Source: Verrucomicrobiota bacterium (lineage in GTDB: Bacteria > Verrucomicrobiota > Verrucomicrobiia > Limisphaerales > AAA164-E04). From it: a stretch of DNA of 64,000 bases. The notes beneath the pieces are model-generated. The model had not been told where the DNA came from. It saw only the letters and a list, made by a program, of their open reading frames with translations, and made no database searches. The position numbers were made by a program, and so were the translations under genes. How positions within the stretch are numbered: the first letter of the stretch is position 1; each line of letters starts with the position of its first letter. Location of the stretch: positions 6,016,781 to 6,080,780 of the forward strand of contig CP170459.1 of the NCBI GenBank assembly GCA_047947115.1, in the 5' to 3' direction. This document shows positions 1 to 10,434 of this stretch, piece after piece.

Positions 1-1561
1 CACACTCAGCGACTACCTAAGTCGGAGGTATGACGACCGATCACGCGTCGCATACGCCATCATCATGATCACAATCATCGTGGTGGTCATGATGGTTCCG
101 GCATTTTATATCGGATCCAGGGCATTAAACATTCTTCTGGCGGATCAGTCCGTCGTTCAGCAAGCCCTTGATGCTGCGGCAGCCGGCAATCCAACAGGTA
201 TCCAAATCAACCAGACCACTTACATCATCGGGATTCTAATCATGGCGGTCGTGGCTGGTTCTTACACCATTTTTGGCGGATTGAAGGCGGTTATCATTAC
301 CGATGTTATTCAATCCGTGTTCATGCTAGTAGGGGCGGCCATCGTGGCTTACCTCACATTTGGTCAATCTGAAATTGGCGGATGGGCCGGCATGCGCGCC
401 ATGGATGCCGAAGGCAAGGACCTCATGCACCTTTATCTGCCCATGAATCACCCGGCCAGACCATGGTCGGGTATGCTCAGCGGACTATTGATCCTTCACT
501 TCTACTACTGGAGCGCCAACCAGTTCATCGTTCAACGAGCCCTGGCAGCACGGTCGGACCGCGAGGCCAGAATCGGCATCGTCACGGCTGGCTTCTTTAA
601 ATTGCTCATACCATTCATGTCCATCGGAACCGGGGTGGCTGCTTATTACTTCTTCCAGGCCAAAATGCCCGGCGTCCCGGTGGATGGAGATACCGCCTTT
701 CCGCTACTGATGCGCGAAGTCGTGGCTCCGGTAGGCTGGGGATTGGCCGGACTGGTGGCAGCCGGCTTGATTGGGGCGATACTTTCAAGCGTTGATTCGA
801 TGCTAAATTCCGCAGCCACACTCATCACATTTGACATCTACAAGAGGTTCATAAATCCGGATGCAACAGAAAAACAATTGATCAGGACGGGACGGATCTG
901 CATCACTTTTTTCGTCATCGGATCTGCTCTGCTTACCATTTTCATCTTTGATCCAAATTCCAGGGAACCATTCTTCACCTACGTGGCCCGTCACCAAAGC
1001 CGGTTAATAGCGGGTTTGGTGGTTGCATTCGGGGTGGGAATGCTTTGGAAGGGCGCGACAGCGGCAGGAGGGTTTGCTGCGATTATCACGGGAGTCGTGG
1101 TTTCCTACGGCCTACTGCCCGTGTACGCGGCTACTCTTGGCAAATCCGAAACATTCCAGCCTTGGCTGGGCGAACAACTTAATTTCTTCCATGCCGTCTT
1201 CGTTGCCGCTATTTGTGCGACCATTGTTCATTTTCTGGTCAGCAAATTGACCCAACCGGATGAAAGCAAAGGCCAGCTTACCTGGCATGGCCTGGGACTG
1301 ATCAGCAAAAACCAGCTCAGAATCATCGGTATACGCATTTTGCTATCCATCATTGTGTTCGCGGTGTTGGGCGCTCTCATGGCCAGATCGACCATACACC
1401 CCGGCATCGCTGCCTTCCTGGGAGCCGGTTGGACATTGGGCCTCATTTTTTATGCTGTTCGCCAATCTCCAAGAAAATCCGATGAAACGGGATTGGATGA
1501 TCGATACCTGGCCGGCGTGCTCGCCGCCTGTGCCGTATTTGTTCTGTTTTACTTCTATTAA
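1..1561 (+). CDS. Sodium:solute symporter (SSS/SLC5 family), 5' end outside window
   Basis: Frame is open upstream of 65 (TLSDYLSRRYDDRSR); motifs YTIFGGLKAVIITDVIQ, NQFIVQRALAA and GAILSSVDSMLNSAATL; many TM segments. Confidence 0.92.
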   Translation, partial: TLSDYLSRRYDDRSRVAYAIIMITIIVVVMMVPAFYIGSRALNILLADQSVVQQALDAAAAGNPTGIQINQTTYIIGILIMAVVAGSYTIFGGLKAVIITDVIQSVFMLVGAAIVAYLTFGQSEIGGWAGMRAMDAEGKDLMHLYLPMNHPARPWSGMLSGLLILHFYYWSANQFIVQRALAARSDREARIGIVTAGFFKLLIPFMSIGTGVAAYYFFQAKMPGVPVDGDTAFPLLMREVVAPVGWGLAGLVAAGLIGAILSSVDSMLNSAATLITFDIYKRFINPDATEKQLIRTGRICITFFVIGSALLTIFIFDPNSREPFFTYVARHQSRLIAGLVVAFGVGMLWKGATAAGGFAAIITGVVVSYGLLPVYAATLGKSETFQPWLGEQLNFFHAVFVAAICATIVHFLVSKLTQPDESKGQLTWHGLGLISKNQLRIIGIRILLSIIVFAVLGALMARSTIHPGIAAFLGAGWTLGLIFYAVRQSPRKSDETGLDDRYLAGVLAACAVFVLFYFY

Positions 1562-1630
1562 CCATTAGAAAATTTAGTGAAACATATCATGAACCCCTGG
1601 TGTTTTTACAGACAGTTCAATTAAAAAAGC

Positions 1631-1990
1631 ATGCCATCAGGTTTACCCATTTTTTTCCGTTTCATTTTTGGAGTGATCGGCTTGACCGTTATCATTTCGA
1701 TGTGGAGCGCACCGTTTAATGAGTTTGGATCACCTCCGCTATTTTTCCGGATCTTTGCTTCACTCATCGGCCTGGCCTTCATCGCCTTTGGATTTGGCGT
1801 CGCGTTCTCGAAATCCGGCAACCATCCGGGCGCGACACTCTCGAAATTCAGCCAAACACTCCGCCAAACAGGGAGTCCCAAAAAATACAAATGCCCACAC
1901 TGCTCAGGAGGTATTGAAAATCAGGAAGTTTCAAACAGCGGCGATGTCAAATGTGAATATTGCGGCAAGTGGTATAACGTTCACACCTGA
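1631..1990 (+). CDS. Small membrane protein with C-terminal zinc ribbon
   Basis: Two hydrophobic helices followed by CPHC...CEYC. Confidence 0.75.
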   Translation: MPSGLPIFFRFIFGVIGLTVIISMWSAPFNEFGSPPLFFRIFASLIGLAFIAFGFGVAFSKSGNHPGATLSKFSQTLRQTGSPKKYKCPHCSGGIENQEVSNSGDVKCEYCGKWYNVHT

Positions 1991-2090
1991 TGATGGTTGG
2001 CGCATTCTCGACTTTATCATTCAACTACAAATCCTTCAAAATTTTCAGATAGACTTGCCAGCATGGATGCCTTTTGTTCATGGTTACAAG

Positions 2091-2660
2091 ATGCGGGACG
2101 AGGGTAAAGAACATGAAGTAACGATAGAAGAAATCGAAGATCTCATGGGAGACCTTCGCAGCATGGCTATCACTTTGTTGAACTTCGAATCAAAAGCAAA
2201 TTCGATTCAACCCACCGCGCTGATACACACCGCGTTACGACGTTCCAAGACCAAAGGAATGGATTGGTCGGAAGTTAAATGGTCGGATCGTGGAAAATTT
2301 CTCCGATTCATGCACCGCATCATGCGGCAGGCACTGGTCGATCATGCCCGCAAACGCGACGCGGACCGTCGACCTCAAATCGAATATGTCTCTCCAGATG
2401 CCATTGAGCTATATGACATCCCTGCAACGTTAAAAGAACACCCCGAACAGATTATTGCACTCGAGGACGCCTTGGAAAGACTGACCAAAGAAGATGCCGA
2501 ATTGGCGGATATCATTGAGTTCCACTACTTCTCGGGCATCAATGTGGCGGAGATTGCAAACCTGCTTGAAGTTTCCGAATCCACCATCAAACGCAACCTC
2601 AAGCGTGCCAGAATGGTGTTATACAAATACATATTGGAATTCTTGAACGGTACCGATTGA
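2091..2660 (+). CDS. ECF-type sigma factor, TIGR02999-like (kinase-associated group)
   Basis: QPTALIH, MRQALVDHARKR and region 4 HYFSGINVAEIANLLEVSESTIKRNL; ATG at 2091 preferred because the 1719 extension overlaps the preceding gene. Confidence 0.88.
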   Translation: MRDEGKEHEVTIEEIEDLMGDLRSMAITLLNFESKANSIQPTALIHTALRRSKTKGMDWSEVKWSDRGKFLRFMHRIMRQALVDHARKRDADRRPQIEYVSPDAIELYDIPATLKEHPEQIIALEDALERLTKEDAELADIIEFHYFSGINVAEIANLLEVSESTIKRNLKRARMVLYKYILEFLNGTD

Positions 2661-2737
2661 GTCAACTTCTCCACGTCCGGGTGAGGAGACCTGTATTGAG
2701 CACCAGAACCGGCGCTTCCTCTCTCCCCTCAGACCGA

Positions 2738-3370
2738 TCAAGCAAGAAAACCAAGATCCAAAACGCGATTGCCTTCACCCCATTGCTTGACCTTTGGCAC
2801 ATCCAGGCCGGTTGCAACCGAAGGAGGCACACAGCGCGCGTGCTCAAGAATGTTTTCTTTAACAAAACGGGCCATCTCTTTCTTGCTCCCAAACCTTTTG
2901 ACCATGCGTTGCCATGTCAACGCGCAGGCTCCTGAAACATAAGCAGCTGCAAATGAAGTAGAAACTCCAGGGTAATGGATCACGCCAGGCAGCACGGGTT
3001 TCTCCCCCGGGGCCGCCAGATCTACTTTTTTACCGAAGTTACTTTTGTCCACCAAGTGGTCAGGCAACGCGCAGTCAATCGCCCCAACGGTCAGTATGTT
3101 TGGAAACTCAAGAGTTCCAGGCAACCCATCGCTATCCACCAGGTCGGCATCCTCGTTTCCTGCGGCAGCAATCACCAACACACCCTGCTCAAATGCATAT
3201 TGAAACGCGTCCCTTATTTTAGAACTGCGGGAATAAAGGAAAAAACTGCAATTGATCACCTGTGCCCCATGATCGACCGCAAAAATGATGGCACGGCTGA
3301 CCGACGCCGCATAATGCTCAATTTCGGTGGGAAACACTTTGAGGGACATCATTTGAACCGAGTGCGCCAC
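2738..3370 (-). CDS. Subtilase (S8)-like protein, C-terminal half only (no catalytic Asp/His)
   Basis: GAQVINCSF, VIAAAGNE, ILTVGAID, SNFGKKVDLAAPG, STSFAAAYVSGACAL; in-frame TAA at 3379-3377 just upstream of the GTG. Confidence 0.8.
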   Translation of the reverse strand: MAHSVQMMSLKVFPTEIEHYAASVSRAIIFAVDHGAQVINCSFFLYSRSSKIRDAFQYAFEQGVLVIAAAGNEDADLVDSDGLPGTLEFPNILTVGAIDCALPDHLVDKSNFGKKVDLAAPGEKPVLPGVIHYPGVSTSFAAAYVSGACALTWQRMVKRFGSKKEMARFVKENILEHARCVPPSVATGLDVPKVKQWGEGNRVLDLGFLA

Positions 3371-3398
3371 TCCCGGTTAATGATCTTCATAAGCACTA

Positions 3399-6300
3399 TT
3401 AGTAAATGGTTCGATAGAAATTTACTTCATCAACTTGATTGACTTCCCATGTCTGGCCGCATTGCCAGTCGATTGATTCAAAACCATGGCGCACCATCCT
3501 GTCCATCAAGTCCTCGATATCCCAAATGTGAATCAAGGTTTGTGATTCCTCTTCAACCAACGCAACCAACGAGGCTCCATCCGGACTGAATTGAATGGAT
3601 CGAATCCTATCGGCGGGACTCAATTTCAATGACAAAACGAACAAAGGAGCAAAGTCTTCCTCGATAGATAAAATTGATACGCCTTTCGAATGAGCGACTG
3701 CCAACATTGAATTGACCGGACATTCAGCGAGATTCGTGATGAGATCCAATCCAAGAGGAATACTCTTTTCTGCTCCATCTTTCTCCAAATCGTGCACGAT
3801 GATTCTGTCTGATTCAGCAATGACAAGTTGATTCTGCGCATGACTGAGGAATTGGGGTATGCCGGCTCGGGATCGAAATGGCGATGCCTCCCATGGACCC
3901 TGTTCCTTTCTCCACAGCATCAACCATGAATTCAGCATCGATCCGGCAACCAACCAACGACCATCAGCATTAAATGATAATGTCTGGCAATCGCTGCCGA
4001 TGGGAAGCGTCTGAAATTCATATACGACCTCACCCGCTTGACCATCTTCGGCCTCTTCTGTTATTGCCAGTTCACTCTGTTTTTTGTCACCAACTAACAA
4101 TAAAGATCCCATGGTTGCCGCCAGCGTGTTGTCTTTGTCAAAAAAAGCCATCACGCCTGCTGAACCTTTATCTCTTTTATAATACTGTCGGATGTCGAGA
4201 GAATTTGTATGGCTCAAAAAATCCAAATGAAACCCCACAGGACCAGCCCATTTGGAGAATATCCAAAGTTCGTCAGATCCTTTCGGAGCAACGACTGGTC
4301 CAGACAATGGCAAGTGATATTGAGTATGCGGAGTGGCACTCTCCAAATCCCACAACTGAACCCCCTGCAAATCACCAAAGGCTACCAAACTGGTTTTGGG
4401 AACGAATGCAAAAGAAGCATTTTCCGTGAGAGAAGTCATCAGAGTGCGGTGAGATCCCATTTCAAAAAGCCACCGGTGAACTCGATTTCCATCAAAAACA
4501 ACCCATCCCCCCAAGGATTGAACCCAAACCATGGATTGATCTGTCGTCCCTTCATTCAACGCAATCGTATGCAAAATCCCCGATTGCCGAACATCTACTT
4601 TTGAAGCCGTTGCATCCTGCCACGCATATCCCGAACCATCGGGCAACCAACCAACTGATCCAACATTGGATGAAGCGATATGATGTAAAGCAGCGCCTTC
4701 TGCAAGGGGTACTTTACGAGTGTATCCGGCCCATTGACGCTGATCCCAAACATAAGCCATTCCATCTTGCCTGATGCAAAGCAGATCCTGCCCCATCCCT
4801 TTCCAACATGTTTCCAAGACCGGACCACCACAAAACAAGCCCTCCTTAAGTTTGCCTTCCATGGCATCCCAAACCAAAACCATACCACTATCCACCGAAG
4901 ACCAGGATGCCAACTTGGATGAGTCCGGACTATATGCCAGCCCGGTGATGGTTTTCAGTTGAGGATTGATTTTTGACAGGTATTCCAAAGAATCGACATG
5001 CCTGAACAGGATTGGCTTTCGATTCCAGTAATCGGTTCCAATAACCTGAATTTCTGAGGATGGACCTTCCTCGGTATAATATTCAGACGCTTTGGGGACG
5101 GTTGCGAATGCCAAATATTCTCCATTCGGACTGAAGGTGATGGTGGATGGCTCTATGACTACTTCATTCAGAACAGCCTCAAGCCCCTTGTCTTTGGAAA
5201 ACACATGAACCTCTCCAGTTTCATACGCAAAAGCCACTACGGGCCGAGTAGGATGTATGGCGATGTTGGCAGGATCATGCGCAGCTTCCCCCAGCAAATG
5301 GATTTTTCCGTTTTCGAATAAGGCCAATTTCCCTGACTCATGGATCCCCAAAAATCGCACTCCATCATCAGCCACCTTCAGAATCCTTTTGCATCCGCTG
5401 ATAGTTTCTGCTTCATAGACAATTTCCCACGCGGTCATTGCATTCACCGCCAATTGCCTCCAATCCGATTCAGAGTGCCGGTCCTGGCGGGATTCTGGAA
5501 TGAGGGACATGGCCTTTGTGGGCGCATCAGCACTCCGGTCCTGCAGAATACTATAAGCTTGAGAAAGGGCGTTCCTGGACCTCTCTATGCGTTTCAGATT
5601 CTCGGACGTTTTTACCGACCAGGAAAGAGTCAGCATGATCAACACGGCAATCCCGATCAAATAAGGGGCTCGTTTCTTGAAACGCCGCATGCGTTGTCTT
5701 TTCTCGAGCACGGACCGGATGACGTCAGCGACTTCTCCAGCACTTTGAGGACGGTTATCAGGTTCTTTGGCCAGTAACCGGGGAATGATCCTGAGCACAG
5801 GTTCATCGATTCCTTCTCTCTGTTCCTTGGTGATGCCTTGAAATGTCCATCCCAAAGCAGCTTCCTTCATGTCCTCAAAACAATCACAGGTATCAAATTC
5901 CAAAGGACGGCTCCCCCAGAGCAATTCGTATAAAATGACCCCAAGCGCGTATAGATCTCCCCTATGATCATCTCCCGACTGCGCCCACCTCTCAGGACTC
6001 ATATAAGCAGGCGTCCCTGACATTTCCATTTCGGGAGGTTTTGAATCATTAGAAGAACCTTTCTCCCCCAGAGGACTCACTTCCATCATGATCCGGGAAA
6101 GGCCAAAATCCAACACGGCAGGTACGAGACTGGGACGAACCAGAATATTTTCGGGTTTTAAATCACGATGAATCACCCCTTTTTTATGCGCATAGGCAAC
6201 GGCATCGCAAACCTGCGCAAAGAACCCCAGTTTTTGCTCTAAGGACGGCTTCTCTTCTTTCATCCATTTCCGCATGGTCGGGCCTTCCACCAGCTCCATA

Positions 6301-6746
6301 GTATAGAAAATAGCCCCATGTTTTCCATCCGGATCAAAATGATGAATATCCGCGTCAAAAATGTGAACAATCCCGACATGCTGAAGCCGCCCCATCGTGG
6401 CGATCTCCTCCTTCAGCCTTGCGAACATTTTCGCGTTGGCCAAAGCAGGATGGATCATCTTGACGGCGACTTCACGATCCACCAAATCCTGCCTGGCACG
6501 ATAAACAATCCCCATCCCACCGGCGGCGATTTTCTCCGTCAATTTGTATTTGTCGCCAACCTTTTGTCCTAGAGAGATCACCCTGGGATTCGGTTTCAAT
6601 GCATAGTTCAGACGCAAATAGGAAATGACCTCCTCGCTTTCGCCACTTTGGGTCAAAAGCTCGAGTTCGCTGGAACGTTGATCTTCAGGCAACCTGCCTA
6701 ACCTGGCAATCAGTTCCTCAATCCTGGTCCATTCCTTGCGTGGCAT
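3399..6746 (-). CDS. Ser/Thr protein kinase with hydrophobic segment and WD40-like beta-propeller C-terminus
   Basis: GGMGIVY, VAVK, HRDLKPEN, DFG, GTPAYMSPE; YLIGIAVLIMLTLSW; repeated FSPNG/YSPDS/FSPDG and WD motifs. Confidence 0.93.
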   Translation of the reverse strand: MPRKEWTRIEELIARLGRLPEDQRSSELELLTQSGESEEVISYLRLNYALKPNPRVISLGQKVGDKYKLTEKIAAGGMGIVYRARQDLVDREVAVKMIHPALANAKMFARLKEEIATMGRLQHVGIVHIFDADIHHFDPDGKHGAIFYTMELVEGPTMRKWMKEEKPSLEQKLGFFAQVCDAVAYAHKKGVIHRDLKPENILVRPSLVPAVLDFGLSRIMMEVSPLGEKGSSNDSKPPEMEMSGTPAYMSPERWAQSGDDHRGDLYALGVILYELLWGSRPLEFDTCDCFEDMKEAALGWTFQGITKEQREGIDEPVLRIIPRLLAKEPDNRPQSAGEVADVIRSVLEKRQRMRRFKKRAPYLIGIAVLIMLTLSWSVKTSENLKRIERSRNALSQAYSILQDRSADAPTKAMSLIPESRQDRHSESDWRQLAVNAMTAWEIVYEAETISGCKRILKVADDGVRFLGIHESGKLALFENGKIHLLGEAAHDPANIAIHPTRPVVAFAYETGEVHVFSKDKGLEAVLNEVVIEPSTITFSPNGEYLAFATVPKASEYYTEEGPSSEIQVIGTDYWNRKPILFRHVDSLEYLSKINPQLKTITGLAYSPDSSKLASWSSVDSGMVLVWDAMEGKLKEGLFCGGPVLETCWKGMGQDLLCIRQDGMAYVWDQRQWAGYTRKVPLAEGAALHHIASSNVGSVGWLPDGSGYAWQDATASKVDVRQSGILHTIALNEGTTDQSMVWVQSLGGWVVFDGNRVHRWLFEMGSHRTLMTSLTENASFAFVPKTSLVAFGDLQGVQLWDLESATPHTQYHLPLSGPVVAPKGSDELWIFSKWAGPVGFHLDFLSHTNSLDIRQYYKRDKGSAGVMAFFDKDNTLAATMGSLLLVGDKKQSELAITEEAEDGQAGEVVYEFQTLPIGSDCQTLSFNADGRWLVAGSMLNSWLMLWRKEQGPWEASPFRSRAGIPQFLSHAQNQLVIAESDRIIVHDLEKDGAEKSIPLGLDLITNLAECPVNSMLAVAHSKGVSILSIEEDFAPLFVLSLKLSPADRIRSIQFSPDGASLVALVEEESQTLIHIWDIEDLMDRMVRHGFESIDWQCGQTWEVNQVDEVNFYRTIY

Positions 6747-7063
6747 AACAATCCAGCACCATCACTGATGCCGCCTGTTTGGATTCATACATTAGAAAAT
6801 GTACTTACAATTCAACTTCATGTTGGTTCATCCCAAGGGCTCGTGCATCATTAAACAGATGGACTTTCAGGTCAATCATACATTATCAAAGCCAGGCATT
6901 TCTATTATTTCTCCTTCAACTACTTGTTCTGCGTGCTATCGCAGATACCATAACATGAACAAATACGCATATTAACCTGTGCTTCAGACTCAGTTTATAA
7001 AGAATTCTTGTAACTTTCTGATCCAACTTTACGCCATTAATTCCCGACATTTTTTTCAACCCC

Positions 7064-8686
7064 ATGTCAAACCAATCAATCCTTGTTCCTCATGCCCCTT
7101 TTCAGCATCATTGTCACATGCTTCGTCAAAAACTTGCTACTGTCGCTCTGTATTTGGCCGTGCTCGCCATGTGCCACCAACACCTTTCCGCAACCCCATC
7201 ATCAGACGTCCCAAACATCATGGTTTTCCTCGTGGACGACATGGGAATAATGGATACCTCGGTTCCTTTTCTGACACATGGAACCGGGCAACCAAAACGC
7301 TATCCGCTTAACGATTACTATCACACGCCATCCATGGAACGATTGGCAAACCAGGGTATTCGTTTCAACCAATTTTACGCCATGAGCGTCTGCTCCCCCA
7401 CCCGGATCTCCATCATAACCGGACAAAATGCCGCCCGGCACCGCGCCACCAACTGGATCAACCCGCGCAACAATAACGGTGGTCCTCAAGGACCACCTGA
7501 TTGGAACTGGCGGGGACTGAAAAAAGGAGACATCACACTTCCTCAATTACTGAAAAAAGCAGGTTACCGAACCATTCATGTCGGCAAGGGTCACTTTGGC
7601 CCGACAGACTCCGAGGGCGGTGAGCCGCTGAACCTGGGGTTTGACGTCAATATCGCCGGGGCCTCCTTCGGTGCACCGGGGAGTTATTATGCCGAAAAAC
7701 GATACGGACTCGACACCAACCGCGATGATCAAGCCGTGCCCCATCTGGAGAAATACCATGGAACCTCGGTGTTCCTCAGTGAGGCACTGACCATGGAAGC
7801 CAAAGCGTCACTGACCGCGGCCGTGGTATCCAATCAACCCTTCTACCTGTATTTTTCGCATTACGCCGTCCACAGCCCGTTTGATTCCGACCCTCGATTT
7901 GCCGAACGTTACAAAGACTCCGGCAAACCCAAAGCGGCACAGGCCTTCGCCACTTTGATAGAGGGGATGGACAAAAGTCTGGGAGATACCATGGACCATC
8001 TCGAATCTTTGGGAGTGGCGGAAAATACCCTGATTTTTTTCCTCGGAGACAACGGATCGGACGCGCCACTTGGCAATCAACACGATGTCGCTTGCGCAGC
8101 ACCATTAAGAGGAAAAAAGGGGGCACACTACGAAGGTGGCATGCGCGTCCCGTTCATTGCGGCATGGGCCAAATCGGATCCGGACAATGCCTGGCAGAAG
8201 AAACTGCCCATTCCAGCCGGATTCATCCAAGGCCAAACGGCCAACGTCACGGACATCTTCCCAACCTTGTTGGAACTCGCCGGCCTTTCAGGGCAAACCC
8301 CGAGCACACATCAACTGGATGGCTCCTCCATGGCAAGATTATTGACCGGCAAATCAGATCCAAATCGTTCTGAACAGTTTCTGATGCACTACCCACATGC
8401 GGTCCATCGAAGCAACTACTTCACGGTATGGCGTGACGGTGATTGGAAAGTGATTTACCACACGCTCCCGGAAATCCTGACCACGGGCGGGCATATTCAA
8501 TTCGGGGGTGGGCATTATGAACTCTTCAATCTGAACAAGGATCCATTTGAATCCACCAACCTTGCATCGAGCCAACCTGGCAAACTACGCAGTATGATGG
8601 AAGGATTGACCCGCGGGCTGGAAAACATGAACGCCGTATACCCGGTGGATAAGGATGGCAAGGACCTTCGCCCACTGATCCCTTAA
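7064..8686 (+). CDS. Sulfatase (formylglycine-dependent, S1 family)
   Basis: PNIMVFLVDDMG, CSPTR, GKGH, GDNG, GKKG-HYEGGMRVP; signal-like N-terminus (true start may be ~7118). Confidence 0.93.
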   Translation: MSNQSILVPHAPFQHHCHMLRQKLATVALYLAVLAMCHQHLSATPSSDVPNIMVFLVDDMGIMDTSVPFLTHGTGQPKRYPLNDYYHTPSMERLANQGIRFNQFYAMSVCSPTRISIITGQNAARHRATNWINPRNNNGGPQGPPDWNWRGLKKGDITLPQLLKKAGYRTIHVGKGHFGPTDSEGGEPLNLGFDVNIAGASFGAPGSYYAEKRYGLDTNRDDQAVPHLEKYHGTSVFLSEALTMEAKASLTAAVVSNQPFYLYFSHYAVHSPFDSDPRFAERYKDSGKPKAAQAFATLIEGMDKSLGDTMDHLESLGVAENTLIFFLGDNGSDAPLGNQHDVACAAPLRGKKGAHYEGGMRVPFIAAWAKSDPDNAWQKKLPIPAGFIQGQTANVTDIFPTLLELAGLSGQTPSTHQLDGSSMARLLTGKSDPNRSEQFLMHYPHAVHRSNYFTVWRDGDWKVIYHTLPEILTTGGHIQFGGGHYELFNLNKDPFESTNLASSQPGKLRSMMEGLTRGLENMNAVYPVDKDGKDLRPLIP

Positions 8687-10434
8687 CGCCCCGCCCATTC
8701 GACCTCGGCAAAGTAGGCACCGCCCGCTTGACCATCTGGGGTATGAAGCCAGGTCTGTAATCTCGTTTTCCCTTTGGGGAGATCCATTTCGAAGGTGACA
8801 CCACTTGATCCTTTCGGGATTTCACGTTCAAAAACCAAACCGGCTATTTGAACCCTGGCCCTATCGGCGACGATCACATGGTCCGCTTCCTTTGGAAGTT
8901 GTCTCAACGTTATTTGATAGCGCCCGGACCGCTGAACATCCACCATCCAAGGACCGGTCAAAGCAGGCAATTTGCGAATGGAACCAAAGTTCCAAGGCGG
9001 ATTTCCCGTTGGCATATACCAATCTTGAGAACATAATACGGTTGGGTTTTGAGCGGGATTTCCGAGATCAATCGACACCGGACGCATCCCAGGAGAAACA
9101 CCCTCCCAAAACGGCAGGTAAAGGGAGCGCAATTCGGAAACCACTTCAGGGAACCGGGCGGCAACATTTGTCCGTTGCGCCGGATCCTTCCTCACATTGT
9201 AAAGTTCCACACCATCAATCAACCGCCATGAATCCTTCAAAACACACGCAAACTCCCAGGGCTTGGGATTGTCCATGAAATAAGGTCCACCCTGAAATTG
9301 TACCACCAAATGATCACGGTGCGGCAAGTCCGGACGATCCTTGAGCAACCTTTTGAAAGAAGTTCCGTCCAAATAATAATCATCACGAATCCGCACACCA
9401 CAAAGATCGGCCAAGGTCGGCAGAACATCCAGATGAGCGGCAAGCGCCCCGACATCCTTCCCCCCCGCCAGGCCACCACCGGGCCAATGAATAAAAAACG
9501 GCACACGATGCCCGCCCTCATAAACCGATGATTTCTTACCTCGCATCCCGGCGTTGAAACCTTTCACCGCCTCGGAAGTCAGTCCGTCAAATGCGGCTCC
9601 GTTGGCGGTGCCGTTGTCTGTCATGAAGATAAAAATCGTATCTTCACTCAACCCCTCTCGATCCAACTCCTCACGGAGTAGACCAAGGTTGTGATCAATG
9701 TTGGCAACCATCCCGTAGAACTCCGCACCATTGTTCCACGGAACGCTTTGCTGGTAAGGTTCGCTCCATTTGGGATCCACGCGATACGGACCATGCGGTG
9801 CATTGGGTGCAAGATAGACAAAAAACGGGCGATCCTTGTTTTCCCGTATAAACCTTTTCGCTTCAGAAAACCAAACGTCCGTGCAATAACCTTCGAATTT
9901 TTCAAACTTCCCGTTCCGTTCGTAGGTATCATCAAAATAATCATTCCCCCAATAATCCGACGCCTGCCCGACACCCCCACAACGATGCCAGACAACATCC
10001 TGAAACCCACGATCCTGTGGACGATGAGGTGCTGAATCTCCCAGATGCCATTTACCAATCATGCCGGTGCGATACCCGCTTTCAGCAAACCAATGCGCCA
10101 TCGTTCGCTCTTCCGGATGCATCATTGTCCTGCCCGAACTCGTCCGGTAAGCCCCGGTGCGCGCCGGATAGCGCCCCGTCATCAACGCCGCCCGCGTCGG
10201 CGTGCAAAACGAACTGACATGAAAATCAGTCAAACGGATGGATTCATGATACAGGCGATCCAAATGGGGCGTTTTGAGCACTGGATTGCCATGACAACTC
10301 AAGTCGCCATAACCCTGATCATCGGTCATGATCAGAATCACGTTGGGTTTTTCCCCGCGGACCTCAGGGCGGACATGACAAAAAACAAAGCAAACCAGCA
10401 CCAACCAACATTGATCTGTAAGGAGATTCCTCAT
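8683..10434 (-). CDS. Arylsulfatase (S1 family) with C-terminal beta domain
   Basis: PNVILIMTDDQG, CTPTRAALMTG, GKWHLG, TDNG, YEGGHRVP. Confidence 0.93.
   Translation of the reverse strand: MRNLLTDQCWLVLVCFVFCHVRPEVRGEKPNVILIMTDDQGYGDLSCHGNPVLKTPHLDRLYHESIRLTDFHVSSFCTPTRAALMTGRYPARTGAYRTSSGRTMMHPEERTMAHWFAESGYRTGMIGKWHLGDSAPHRPQDRGFQDVVWHRCGGVGQASDYWGNDYFDDTYERNGKFEKFEGYCTDVWFSEAKRFIRENKDRPFFVYLAPNAPHGPYRVDPKWSEPYQQSVPWNNGAEFYGMVANIDHNLGLLREELDREGLSEDTIFIFMTDNGTANGAAFDGLTSEAVKGFNAGMRGKKSSVYEGGHRVPFFIHWPGGGLAGGKDVGALAAHLDVLPTLADLCGVRIRDDYYLDGTSFKRLLKDRPDLPHRDHLVVQFQGGPYFMDNPKPWEFACVLKDSWRLIDGVELYNVRKDPAQRTNVAARFPEVVSELRSLYLPFWEGVSPGMRPVSIDLGNPAQNPTVLCSQDWYMPTGNPPWNFGSIRKLPALTGPWMVDVQRSGRYQITLRQLPKEADHVIVADRARVQIAGLVFEREIPKGSSGVTFEMDLPKGKTRLQTWLHTPDGQAGGAYFAEVEWAGR

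Noticed and set aside
1719..2090. N-terminal 124-aa extension of the ECF ORF in the ORF track
   Set aside because: Overlaps the zinc-ribbon gene in another frame and has no sigma-like sequence; ATG 2091 is more plausible
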